DNA from: an uncultured Methanosarcinaceae archaeon
Lineage (GTDB): Archaea; Halobacteriota; Methanosarcinia; Methanosarcinales; Methanosarcinaceae
Direction: 5' to 3'
NCBI GenBank assembly: GCA_963727895.1
Contig: CAVSHT010000011.1
Span: 96,001 to 160,000 of the forward strand
Length of the DNA stretch: 64,000 nucleotides
The notes below the pieces were generated by a model. That model saw only the letters and a list, made by a program, of their open reading frames with translations, was not told the DNA's origin and ran no database searches. A program made the translations under genes and the position numbers. Positions 36,164-47,160 of the stretch are shown piece by piece; the first letter of the stretch is position 1, and each line of letters begins with the position of its first letter.

Positions 36164-36268
36164 TTAGCACCAGCCGCCGCAGCCGCCCCAGCCGCCACAG
36201 CCGCCCCAGCGACGCCAGCCGCCACCCCAGCCGCCACAGCCGCCCCAGCCACAATTTCCAAACCACAT
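36164..36268 (-). CDS. Gly/Cys/Trp micropeptide 3 (34 aa, MWFGNCGWGGCGGWGGGWRRWGGCGGWGGCGGWC); below the ORF-track cutoff
   Basis: GGAGG RBS, ATG..TAA, same upstream motifs as paralogs 1 and 2. Confidence 0.78.
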   Translation of the reverse strand: MWFGNCGWGGCGGWGGGWRRWGGCGGWGGCGGWC

Positions 36269-36935
36269 TATATTGTGCCTCCAAGGTTTTGCTATGTTAT
36301 TTTATTATCTGCTGTATAGGTGAGCTTTTTAGATTAGGATCATATCCTCTAATAAACCTCTAATCGAACTTTCACCCACCCTCAATCATACCTTCATGAC
36401 AACTTTTTTTGAATTATTAGAGTTACTTACTTCCGTTTAGAGAGGAATAGTTCTGTCATGAAAGTACAATTAAACATAGAATTATGAATTATATAAAAGA
36501 TCTAGAATAACTGTTTCTTAATATAAATAGTCTCTATAAAAACGAACAAACCTTCTGTCAATAATATAAGCTTACTTTTAACTTTATTTTGCAATTTATA
36601 ATTCTATTGAAACTCTCAACTAATCAGGAATAATAATCTGAAATTGAATATTTAGCCAGAAAATATTGGATTAATATTCATTATATGCTTTAATTTCCAG
36701 CTAAATTTAATTTAAAGCCTTAAAAAATGTTTATTTTGATGATAAAGTCCTTTTACTCTTAATGATTTTATACTTTACAACTTTAGTAATTTATAGTATT
36801 AATTAAATATCTATATAAAGGGCTACAACTCAATAGACCAAGTTTTTCAAATCAGAGTGGGAAGAAAAAGAACAAAACATGTCAATTAATTACAGCTACA
36901 TCACTTTTAATTCAAGTTCTTAATATTAGATGATC

Positions 36936-37577
36936 TTAAATCCCCATTAATTTCTTTGCCCATTTCAATTTCTTTTTCTTTATCGGGTTTACATCGCGAT
37001 CTTCAAAATCAAAACCCGCCAGCTTAATTTTTTTAGCTCCAAATTCCCGGGCTACAAAAAAGCATCGATCTCCATCACTGAAGCCTCCAAAATTATAGAC
37101 CTTATCAAAAGGTCTTGCCTGGGTAGTTGCAATAAATCGTTTAAAGCGAGATACATATCTTTCAAGCTTATCGATATTATCCCCATGTGCGTGAATCAGA
37201 ACTATTGAGCCATTTTCGCAGGCAAGAATTTCTTTCTCGATATCAGATTCCAAATTGCCGTCAAGGTCTGTACATATGACACCAGGAACAATTTCTGCAT
37301 CCATAAGTACAGCAGCTGCTCCATCGGCTGCAATTACCGTAAAGGCAGAGAAATCAATTTCTGAAAGGTCACTCCTGAGTCCTGGAGCATTTCCACAGAT
37401 CAGGACAGCTTTTCCAGAAATTACGTTTTTGAGTTCAGAAAGACTGACACTATTTTTTTCTGTCAGCATATTGGAAAGGAATAAAGCTGCCTTTTCGTCA
37501 CCTGTACGATCGAATCCAAAATCTTCAAGGATTCGTTTGTAAATCGGTTCCCAGACAGCAAAATCCATATGAATCAA
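36936..37577 (-). CDS. mptE: 6-hydroxymethyl-7,8-dihydropterin diphosphokinase MptE-like
   Basis: IAADGA, CTDLDG, HAHGDN, NFGGFSDGDR motifs. Confidence 0.88.
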   Translation of the reverse strand: MIHMDFAVWEPIYKRILEDFGFDRTGDEKAALFLSNMLTEKNSVSLSELKNVISGKAVLICGNAPGLRSDLSEIDFSAFTVIAADGAAAVLMDAEIVPGVICTDLDGNLESDIEKEILACENGSIVLIHAHGDNIDKLERYVSRFKRFIATTQARPFDKVYNFGGFSDGDRCFFVAREFGAKKIKLAGFDFEDRDVNPIKKKKLKWAKKLMGI

Positions 37578-37790
37578 TTCCTTTCAATGCTTTAATTTGA
37601 ATTCTAAATTTCGCTTCATTTGTATTCGGTTAAGATATGATCTATAAAAAATGTGTTATATTTGTTGCCATTTCTGTAAACCTATAAATGTAAATCGAGA
37701 TGCATAGATTATTGCAGTAGTCATTATAACGTTAACAGATTCCTTAACCGAATACAAATGAATTTCGCTTAAACTCAATTTTCTCAGAGT

Positions 37791-40700
37791 TTATTTCTTT
37801 GCAATTCCCATCTTCATGGCAATTCCTTCGACATCCCAATCCTTTACAAGGGATCCTGAAACATCGATATCACTACCAAGGTCAAAGACATCGGCTCTTA
37901 CCTCGTCTGCTATCAGGTCTTTGAGGGTTTCAACAAGCTTCAAGATCCTATCATCTTTAATCTGGACAGAAGCACATATGTTTTCATCCACTATGAGGTC
38001 AAGTTCCTTCCTCATGTCCTGAAGCCTGCGAATTACTTCCCTTGCATATCCTTCAGCTTCAAGTTCAGGAGTCAGGTTTGCATCCACATAAACAAGACCA
38101 GCCTCGGATTCTGCACTTGCTGTTCCTTCTGGCAATGTTTCTTTGAAATTAGCCATTTCAGGAGTTACTGTAACCTTTGTTCCATCTGCAAGGGAGATTT
38201 CAAATTCACCAGCTTCGGAAAAGGCTTTTTTCAGAACAAAACCGTCAACATTTTTCAGGGCAGAGATGACTTTTCCTGCATCCTTCTTGAAAACAGGACC
38301 TATTTTGCCCGGATCAGGAATTACTTCAAGCCCTAGCTCATCCCAGCTCTCAGAGATACGCTGTCAAGACAATTGCTTTGGAATTGGTCTGGTCCATAAG
38401 GACTGAACGCAATCTCTCTACAGCCTTTGACTGCATCCTCACTTTCAGGGGAGACAATTATTCGTGATACAGGCCATCTGAGCTTTCTTCCTGCTTTCTG
38501 ACGGGCGTTTGAGGCAGCTTCCACGATAGAACGTGCAGTATTCATGGCTGCTTCGAGATCGGGATCAAGGTAGGCTTCATTTACCTTTGGCCAGTCACAC
38601 ATATGGACCGATTCTTTTGCATTCGAGTCTACGTTTCGAATCAGGTTCTGGTACATTTCTTCAGCCAGGTAAGGCATGAAAGGAGAGATCAATTTTGTAA
38701 GAGTTACGTAAACCTCATAAAGCACGCAGTAAGCTGCAAGTTTGTCAGGATCGTCGGCTTCGGTCCAGGTTCTTGGACGAATGAGCTGAATATACCAGCG
38801 AGAGAGGTCTTCAAGCGTAAATTCCAGAATTTCACGCACGGCTTTATGCAGGAAGTATCCTTTCATTGCTTCGTCTACGGTTCTTGACAACAGACTGAAC
38901 TCTTGAGAGAATCCATTTGTCTTCTTCCCTAAGCGCGTCTTTTACGGAATCAAGACTAACCTTCAGAGGATCAAACTTATCAAGCGCCATGTAGGGAAGC
39001 GGGAACCTGAAAACGTTCCACAAGATATTAATTGAACGATGAACGGTTTCCACTTCTTCCTGGTTATACTTAAGGTCATCCCAGGGTGCACTTGAGGAGA
39101 GCACATAGGCACGAAGTGTGTCAGCTCCATATTTATTGATAATATCAATTGGAGAAACAACGTTTCCAAGGCTCTTGGACATTTTCTTTCCGCCAGCATC
39201 AAGAGTAAAGCCGTGCATGAGTACATTCTTATACGGAGCTCGTCCAAAGCCCACCATGCTTGCTCCAAGCTGTGAATAAAACCAGCCACGTGTCTGGTCA
39301 TGTCCTTCAGTGATAAAATCAGCAGGCCACCATTCATCGAATTGTTCCTTAGTCTGTGGGAATTTGAGGGTAGCCCAGGAAGCTACAGCCGAATCAAACC
39401 AGACATCAAAAACGTCTTCAACACGCTTTTTCTCTCCACCACATTCACAGGGAATAGTTATTTTGTCTACATAGGGTCTGTGAAGCTCTACATCGCAATC
39501 CACTCCGGCTTTTTCTAGGAGTTCGGCTTTAGTTCCTATTACCTCAAGCTTTCCACACTTCTTACACTTCCAGACAGGAATTGGCATTCCCCAATAACGC
39601 TGCCTGGAAATACACCAGTCTCTGGCGCCTTCGACCCATGTTCTAAATCTAGCTGAACCTGCCCAGTCAGGGTACCAGTTCACGGCATCGATTGCCTCAA
39701 GCATTTTGTCTTTTATCTCGGTAACCTTGAGGAACCATTGTTCAGTTGCCAGATAGATTATAGGAGTTTTGCAGCGCCAGCAGTGTCCATACCTGTGAGT
39801 TACAGTTCCTTCTGCAAGCAACCTATCGCGTTTCTTCAGGTCTTCTATTACAATCGGATTTGCCTCTCTGACGTTTTTGCCTGCATATTCCCCAGCTTCT
39901 TCAGAATAGGAACCATTAGGACCAACAGGACAGAGAATCGGAAGCTTATACTTCACTCCAACATTAAAGTCATCCATACCATGACCTGGGGCAATGTGTA
40001 CACAACCTGTGTTTTCTGCAGTTACGTAATCGGCAAGATAAACTCCATGCTTTATCTCGTTCTGCACAGGCACAAGATCCCCTACAGGACTTTCGTACTC
40101 CAGTTTTGTGAGCTCTTCTCCGGGCATTGTCTCAAGCACTTCATAGTCAACATACCTGCCCTGTTTAAGGACATTCTTGATCAGACCTGTAGCAGCAATT
40201 AATATTTCTTCAGATCCATCCTTCCTGATTGCCCTGAATTTTGAGTACTCAAAACTTTGATGTACGGCTACAGCCACGTTTGCGGGAATTGTCCAGGGTG
40301 TTGTTGTCCATATGACTATGAAAGTATTTTCCTCACCTTTAATCTTGAATTTCACATAGATTGAAGGATCGGTACGCTCGGCATATTCAACCTCAGAATC
40401 TGCAATTGCAGTCTCACAGCGGGGGCACCAGTTGACTGAGCGTTTCCCAACTTCCAGAAGATTTTTTTCACTGGCTTGTTTGAGAGTCCACCAGGCAGCT
40501 TCAATGTAGTCATCTTTTAAGGTCATGTAGGGGTCTTCCCATTGCATCCAGACCCCAAGCTTTTGGAACTGTTCAGTCATGTCCTGCTTTTGGTTAATGG
40601 CAAATTCTTTACATTTTTCAATAAAATTCTCTACCCCAAAGCTCTCAATATCTTTTTTGTTCTTGAAACCAAGAACACCTTCAACTTTTACTTCTATTGG

Positions 40701-40970
40701 CAAACCATGCATATCCCAGCCAGGACGCTCTAGAATATTGCGATTATTCATGGAGTAATAGCGGAGAATGGAATCTTTGATTACCTTGTTCCAGGCAGTC
40801 CCCAGATGAATATGTCCAGTGGTATAAGGAGGTCCATCAACAAAAAAAAGCCTTTTTCCGGTCTTGCGGTTCTCCCGGGTTTTTCGATAAGCATCGTTAT
40901 CTTCCCAGAGCTGCGTTACTTTTTTTTCAATTTGCTCTGCGTTATATTTGGCAGTGATTTCTTTTATCAT
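37791..40970 (-). CDS. ileS: Isoleucyl-tRNA synthetase (three apparent +1 frameshifts, near 38882, 38425 and 38359)
   Basis: DGPPY..HLGT (HIGH), [21 protein letters not shown]; anticodon-binding domain continues across frames. Confidence 0.96.
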
Positions 40971-41023
40971 AGAAGATCCTCAAATGTGACATCTTTTATA
41001 GGCGTTAGTTTATATATTAGAAT

Positions 41024-42112
41024 ATGGGGAATGAATTAATCTTTGATGAATATTTGCAACGGTTAGAGGATGATGGATTAAGTAAACGAACATTGGATAA
41101 TAATATCTTCATATTAAAACCTTTTATCAAATGGCTTGATGGACAAGATATTACAGACAAGACTGTTTTGGCTTACCTCAGATCACTAAAGCCCAAAAAT
41201 TATAGTGACAGTACTATGTATCAATACAAAGCTGTATTAAAAAAGTTTCTGTCTACTATGTCTCCTGAGCAGGCAAGAAATATAAAGTTGAAAGTTAAAC
41301 GCAAGGAACCACCTATCATTTTAACACAAGCAGAAATTGAACAATTAATAGAAGCCAGCAGGAATCCTAGAGACAGAGCTTTAATTTCGTTTCTTTATGA
41401 GTCAGGATGCAGGAAAGGGGAACTTGTATCAATAAGACTTGAAAATGTCACATTTACCGAGTACGGTGCAACTGTTACTATTCCGAAAGGTAAGACAGGC
41501 CCTCGGACTATTCCTATAGTGTACTCAGCATCCTATCTGAGACAGTGGGTTGAAAGTCATCCAACTAAAGGACAGAGTGACCCCTTGTTTTGTTCTTTAC
41601 AAGCTCCATTTGGACAATTCTCTTTTTCAGGACTAAAACACTTAATGCAGGCACTGCATGAAAGAACAGGTATTAAAAAGAAAATATACCCACACCTATT
41701 TAGACATAGCCGAGCCTCTCACTTAGCGAATAAATTTACAGAGCAGCAGTTGAAACAGTTTTTAGGCTGGACAGCTGGGTCTAATATGGCAGCAACATAT
41801 GTACATCTATCCCAGCGCGACATTCAAGATGCTGTATTTAAACTCCATGGGATTGAAAGTCCTGCAAGAATTAATGATACTTTTAAAGTTGGACGTTGCC
41901 CAAGATGTAAAGAAATTAACCCTGAAAATAGTTTATACTGTGGCAAATGTGGGTTACCTTTAAAAGATGGTGTTAAAGAAAAAATTGAAAAAGAACTGTC
42001 AGAAATGGATTTAATGTTGCTCCGCGCGGCTGTACTTGATCCGAGCATCGTTGAGGCCCTTGCTGAAGAATTTAATAAAATTCAAAACAATAATAAAAAT
42101 ACAGGGCTTTAA
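41024..42112 (+). CDS. Tyrosine recombinase/integrase with C-terminal zinc ribbon
   Basis: SGCRKGE (Arg), KGKTG (Lys), HLFRH, LGW, YVH catalytic Tyr; CPRC/CGKC. Confidence 0.93.
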   Translation: MGNELIFDEYLQRLEDDGLSKRTLDNNIFILKPFIKWLDGQDITDKTVLAYLRSLKPKNYSDSTMYQYKAVLKKFLSTMSPEQARNIKLKVKRKEPPIILTQAEIEQLIEASRNPRDRALISFLYESGCRKGELVSIRLENVTFTEYGATVTIPKGKTGPRTIPIVYSASYLRQWVESHPTKGQSDPLFCSLQAPFGQFSFSGLKHLMQALHERTGIKKKIYPHLFRHSRASHLANKFTEQQLKQFLGWTAGSNMAATYVHLSQRDIQDAVFKLHGIESPARINDTFKVGRCPRCKEINPENSLYCGKCGLPLKDGVKEKIEKELSEMDLMLLRAAVLDPSIVEALAEEFNKIQNNNKNTGL

Positions 42113-42640
42113 ATAGTTTGAAAATTAATTACTAAGTGATGCTTCACAGCGGATATGTTGCATAGTGCATATCGAAAATAAACAAAGCGTTGGTGAATCT
42201 CTGTGCTTTGGCACATGTATACAAAACAGTCGTTACATGGCGCATATCAAAAATCAAAGCGTTGGTGAAGCTCAGTGCCTCGGCACTGTTATACAACACA
42301 GTTCTGTAAACACTTACAGGACAACGATTGAGTATATTGAAAATTTTGGTTCTCCAATGGAGAGGGCCAAGATTAAGATATTTAAAAAGTTGCTTGAGGG
42401 GGGTGGCTAATGCGGCCACTCTTCAACAAGCTTTCCGAAAAAACGACAAGAAGGAACAACGAAAGATATTTAAGTTAATACGTGGTATAAGGTAGTACAA
42501 AAAATAGTTTACGAAATTCATGTGCTCTTTTTTATAATAGACGAAGTTATGAAACTTCGAAAAGTTTTTATAGTGAAACATACATATATACCTATAAGGC
42601 TTGTCAAAATTTTGACCGACCATGTAGGTGTGATATATAC

Positions 42641-42796
42641 ATGCCAGATATGTCTTCACGAAATAAAATTAGGATCGCTCTTTACATAGACCCTGACACA
42701 TTTCAACAAATTGATTCTTTCAGAAATCCCGAGATGTCAAGGTCTATGTTTTGTACAACTGTAATAGAAGCTGCATTAGGAATTAATGAAAAATGA
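42641..42796 (+). CDS. Ribbon-helix-helix (CopG-like) regulator, 51 aa; not in the ORF track
   Basis: AGGTG RBS; KIRIALYIDPDTFQQIDSFR..MSRSMFCTTVIEAAL fits the RHH pattern. Confidence 0.7.
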   Translation: MPDMSSRNKIRIALYIDPDTFQQIDSFRNPEMSRSMFCTTVIEAALGINEK

Positions 42797-43062
42797 GTAG
42801 GATAAGAACAAGAAAGATATAACAAAAAAGTGCGGATTGAACTCCACAGAGCCCCGAGTCACCAACTGAAAGGCCCTGCAGAGATTTGTTTGCACGCAGA
42901 GGTGCTAATAATGTGTATACATAATGTTTTTGAATATACAGTATATGCTTTTAGAGTAAATAAAGCTTTCTATAACTTTAGTTTAGCTACTGCTACTGTT
43001 TTTAACAACTGCATAAATAAATGTAAAGGAAACTTTACACAAGTTGCGGCAGGGTGGTTTTG

Positions 43063-44178
43063 ATGGAAGAGTTTATTAAAACCAACCCGACTGAGCTTGC
43101 ATACTTCCTGAAGCTTCTAACAAAGGATAGAAAGGGCTATCAGCCATTTTTATTTCCCCTTGAAAGGCAGGGGAAAGATCCTCTTGCAGGAGTAAGTTGG
43201 AAGAATAACCGCAAGACCTACAATGAAGCTATGCACCTGATGAGACGAGGCTTCAATATTGGTATTGCTGCCAAACCCGACGACCCTTTAGTCATAATTG
43301 ACGTTGACGATATGGAGCAAGTACCAGAAATAAAGTCGACACTTCAATGTGTTTCAAGAAAAAGAATAGGTAGACACAATTTTTTCTTTGCAGCAGATGA
43401 GACGGCTAAACGAAATATTCCAGCTGATACTGCAGGTGAAATTAGAAGCTGTTGGCAATATGTGGTTGCACCGGGTTCTTATGTCACATGCAGTGACAAG
43501 GACATAGCTAGAATGCCAGACGATGAAAAAGTGAATGCTGGGCACTACAGCGTATTCAAAGAATTGCCTGTTAGCACAATTTCATATGAAGAGTTCCCGG
43601 AAGTCTATAAACAGGCCAACAATTCAAGGAAGATTGCTGACTCTAAAGCAGCTATCAGTACAGTAATAAAAAAATCTACTGCAACCACACAAACAGCATT
43701 CAAGGGAAAGAAAAGCGCCCTTTGGGATTTAACCATAGAGGATGTTTCAGGGCTTTCTGATACCCATGGAAAGCGTGTTCCTATCCCTTCGGAAATTCAC
43801 GAGTCAGGAACTTATAAAAATTGTTCCGTGTCTGAGGGGTTATTACATTGCTGGCGACATGAAGTGACGCACAATGCTTTCAGCTACCTCTGTGTGCTCG
43901 CTGGGGTCATGAACTGTGAGGATGCGGGTAAACAACACTGTGGAAGATTTTTTGGCGCCGATGCCAAAAATCCTGAAACTGTACTCAAAGTGTGGCAATA
44001 TGCTAAAAATAGAGGATTAATACCATACGATGACCCCTTTCCTTCTAGAGAGGTTATGATGGCGTTTGCGAAAGAAATGAAGATCGTTAACATAAGTGCC
44101 ACAAAGGAAACAAAATTAAGTGAGCTACAGTACAACTTAGTAAAAACTTGTGCAAAACTGGGAAGGAGGCATTGCTAA
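43063..44178 (+). CDS. Bifunctional DNA primase/polymerase (prim-pol)
   Basis: KDP, NIGIA, LVIIDVD, GRHNFF, YVVAPGS motifs; C-terminal H..C..C.RH metal-binding domain. Confidence 0.85.
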   Translation: MEEFIKTNPTELAYFLKLLTKDRKGYQPFLFPLERQGKDPLAGVSWKNNRKTYNEAMHLMRRGFNIGIAAKPDDPLVIIDVDDMEQVPEIKSTLQCVSRKRIGRHNFFFAADETAKRNIPADTAGEIRSCWQYVVAPGSYVTCSDKDIARMPDDEKVNAGHYSVFKELPVSTISYEEFPEVYKQANNSRKIADSKAAISTVIKKSTATTQTAFKGKKSALWDLTIEDVSGLSDTHGKRVPIPSEIHESGTYKNCSVSEGLLHCWRHEVTHNAFSYLCVLAGVMNCEDAGKQHCGRFFGADAKNPETVLKVWQYAKNRGLIPYDDPFPSREVMMAFAKEMKIVNISATKETKLSELQYNLVKTCAKLGRRHC

Positions 44179-45917
44179 TGGAAACCCCTGAATTAAAAGA
44201 TATTGTTGAAATTGTCACGTATGCTGTTGAAAATTTATCTTCTAACCAAATTTCAGAATTCATTGAAAATGTAAATAATAAACTGACAGTAGATAAAAAA
44301 GTTCCTGAAAATGAGCTGCGTAAAATTATTGTAGAGGCTGTGAAAGCTGCAGATGAAAAAACCGACAGTATAGAGAGATATACAAAGCTATTACATGAAC
44401 AGGTTCACACAACCTCTACACAAAAAATAACTGATACTAAAAATTTCATCAAACAGTACATGTTAAACGAGGAAGAGGACTTCGTTGAAGCTTTCATACT
44501 GGAAAATATAAAAGAGTACCTTCAATTAACGGTAGTAGAAATCAGAAATGTCTGCAAGGGTTTTAGGGCTGCAAAAAAAGAACTTAAGAAAAAATCAGCT
44601 GAATCAGGTAGTCAAGACGCTGAAACAAGCGGAGATAAAGAAAAATTAGACTTTTTCGAAGATATAGACTTCGATGAGAAAACTTTTGACGAGGAAACTA
44701 TAAAAAAGGCTGACGTTGAGGCTGAACGTATTATGAGGGAAGGCGACCCTATAGCATACATTAAGAACAGTATTGCCACAGTACACGTAGGTGACGAAAA
44801 CACAATTGAGGGACTATGTGTTTCTGTTGCAGGCCAGTCAGTCCTTAATACTGCAGGTATCCAAATAGCTGTGAATGGTGAGAGCGGAAGTGGAAAAAGC
44901 CACGGTGCAAAGGCGTTTTTGCACAGAATGCCTAAAAGATTCAAAAGAGCCACTAGTCTTTCGTCAAAGGCTCTCTATTACATGAACTTGAGAGAGGGGA
45001 TGATAATATACTCAGACGATACAGACATGGATGAAGACCTTGCTACACTGTTCAAACAGTCCACAACTAACTATCAGGAAAAAACCTTCAGAACAACTGT
45101 TAAGGATGGGGAAACAAACGTTTTGTCAATCCCAGCAAGAACGAACCTCTTGTTAACCTGTGTTGAATCACATGTCTCTGATCAAGTTCTTAACAGGCAG
45201 CTTGTATTTGAAACTGATGCAAGTATTGAACAAAAGTTACGAATATACAATAAACAAAAAGAATTAGAAAAAAATAAAATGACAGATTTAACTGTTACAT
45301 TTGAAGTACTTGTCTGTCGACGAATATTTACAAAAATTAAAAGTAAAACATTCAATGTAGGAATACCATTTGCAGAAAGAATCAACTTGCAGGACTATTC
45401 AAATAGTAGAATTCAGCCTCTTCTGTTTGATATGATAAGAGGGTTTGCAGTGATGAATTTCATGCAAAGAGAAGTTGATTCTGACGGTTGGATAATGGCA
45501 ACTCAGGATGATTTCAATGCAGCAAAAAAGCTGTTCAAAACTAGAGAACAAAATACGATTACAAAGATGACTGGGAGAGAAACGGACATAATAAAATATA
45601 TTAAAAATCACCAAGGGCCGCAGGGTTGTTCTATCAATGAAATCGCAACTGGCACTAAAATGAGCGTCATCACAGTTCGAAGATTGCTGAATGGTAGAAC
45701 AGATCGACCTGACGAGGATGGGGGGTTACTGTCTAAAGTGAAGGGCCTTACGAAAGAACAATTGAACGATACAAATACTGTAAAAAGTGCTGACGGTAGC
45801 TCGAAAAGTAGGGGCAGACGCACTGAATACTATAAGTTGCATGACAGTTTCGACCCATGGCAGCTTTTTGAAAGCAACAGAGACTTCGTAACAATTGCAG
45901 GAGAGGTAGGGGTATAA
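44178..45917 (+). CDS. P-loop ATPase/replicative helicase with C-terminal wHTH
   Basis: GESGSGKS, IIYSDD, SINEIATGTKMSVITVRR; TAATG-coupled to prim-pol with AGGAGG RBS. Confidence 0.78.
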   Translation: METPELKDIVEIVTYAVENLSSNQISEFIENVNNKLTVDKKVPENELRKIIVEAVKAADEKTDSIERYTKLLHEQVHTTSTQKITDTKNFIKQYMLNEEEDFVEAFILENIKEYLQLTVVEIRNVCKGFRAAKKELKKKSAESGSQDAETSGDKEKLDFFEDIDFDEKTFDEETIKKADVEAERIMREGDPIAYIKNSIATVHVGDENTIEGLCVSVAGQSVLNTAGIQIAVNGESGSGKSHGAKAFLHRMPKRFKRATSLSSKALYYMNLREGMIIYSDDTDMDEDLATLFKQSTTNYQEKTFRTTVKDGETNVLSIPARTNLLLTCVESHVSDQVLNRQLVFETDASIEQKLRIYNKQKELEKNKMTDLTVTFEVLVCRRIFTKIKSKTFNVGIPFAERINLQDYSNSRIQPLLFDMIRGFAVMNFMQREVDSDGWIMATQDDFNAAKKLFKTREQNTITKMTGRETDIIKYIKNHQGPQGCSINEIATGTKMSVITVRRLLNGRTDRPDEDGGLLSKVKGLTKEQLNDTNTVKSADGSSKSRGRRTEYYKLHDSFDPWQLFESNRDFVTIAGEVGV

Positions 45918-45943
45918 CTCCCCTGCAGTTTCATTAGTAAATG

Positions 45944-46445
45944 TCATAGAAAACTTACTTGTTGTCTGCAATGCAGGCAACAAAACATTTCTTCCCAATC
46001 CACACCTCTCTTTGCTGCTACTATGTTGTAGTTGCGCTCAAGAATTTGTGCTATTACTTTTCTCTGATAGTCAGCGTCATGTGCTGCTAAGGCTTTTTTG
46101 TCAAGTTGTGTGCCATATATCTGTTTAGTGAGTATTGCAGATCTTGAAATTCCGGTGTTGGCTGTGATTTTGTCCAGTGCTTCGGAATATTCAGCTGCCC
46201 TTCGTACGGTTTTTTCTTCTATGTTAAACTGATCAGCTATTACTTTGGATGTTCTTATGGGTGGGACATTTTGTCCCACCCTATCTAGACTGTTATTTGT
46301 GAACTGATTTTCACCCAGAGCTTTCTTTTCTGCTAGATACCTTCTTCCAATCAAATCAGTCTTGGTGACATCGTTAATATTCCTTCTACCAAGCTGGTTT
46401 TCAATAATCCAAATGTAAGCCGCCGATCTTGAAGGGAAATCTTGT
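45944..46445 (-). pseudogene. ParB-like C-terminal/HTH fragment 1
   Basis: WIIENQLGRRNI..LIGRRY..IADQFNIEEKTVRRA. Confidence 0.65.
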
Positions 46446-46705
46446 TTAATTGTAACAAAGTGCTGTAATAGTGTCTATTGCTTCTGTTAATTCGGTTGCT
46501 CTTGATACTGTACCTGTACCAACTTTTAACTGGGCTGCAATTTTTTCTCTAGTTGATTTACTTTCGCTAACTTGCCCATTTTGGGCAAGTTTGTCTCTAG
46601 GTAATCCTGTTTTATTGCCTTCTTCCTTCTTTTCTACTTTGTATCTTCTTCCTATCAAATCATTTCTAGTGATACTGTTTATGTTTCTGCGTGCAAGTTG
46701 ATTTT
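46446..46705 (-). pseudogene. ParB-like C-terminal/HTH fragment 2
   Basis: NQLARRNI..LIGRRY..KIAAQLKVGTGTVSRA. Confidence 0.62.
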
Positions 46706-46853
46706 AAATTAGTACTGCTGCTTACCTAGATTGCTTAGTATACACAGACACACCATAGGTGTGTTTATCAATGCAGTAAAAAACAATATCCTTTTTATAC
46801 TGGATTAAAGACGTTTTAGACCTTTATTTTTAAAAACAAAATTAAATACCCAA

Positions 46854-47160
46854 AAGTCCCAAAAATCCCCAAATAATCCCATTTATTTCCAAAAGAATCA
46901 GTAGCGGTAGAATTGTTCTCCCAAAAATGCCCAAAAATGCGAGAACAAAAAAATACGCACACATTTTTCTTATGTATATAAGAAATATAACTTCTTCAAT
47001 TTTTTAAATGCACACACATTTTTTTTCTCTCCCTTTTTCCCATTTTTGGGTAAATAATTAGTTTGTATTTTTTTTAATGCCTCTAGTAGATTAATATGAG
47101 AATTTATGAATGGGTAAATAATGGGAAATAAATGGGATTATTTGGGGATTTTTGGGACTT
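46854..47160. repeat. Perfect 37-bp inverted repeat enclosing an AT-rich, iteron-like core (candidate origin)
   Basis: 46854-46890 is the exact reverse complement of 47124-47160; internal CCCAAAAAT and GCACACA..TTTTT repeats. Confidence 0.9.
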
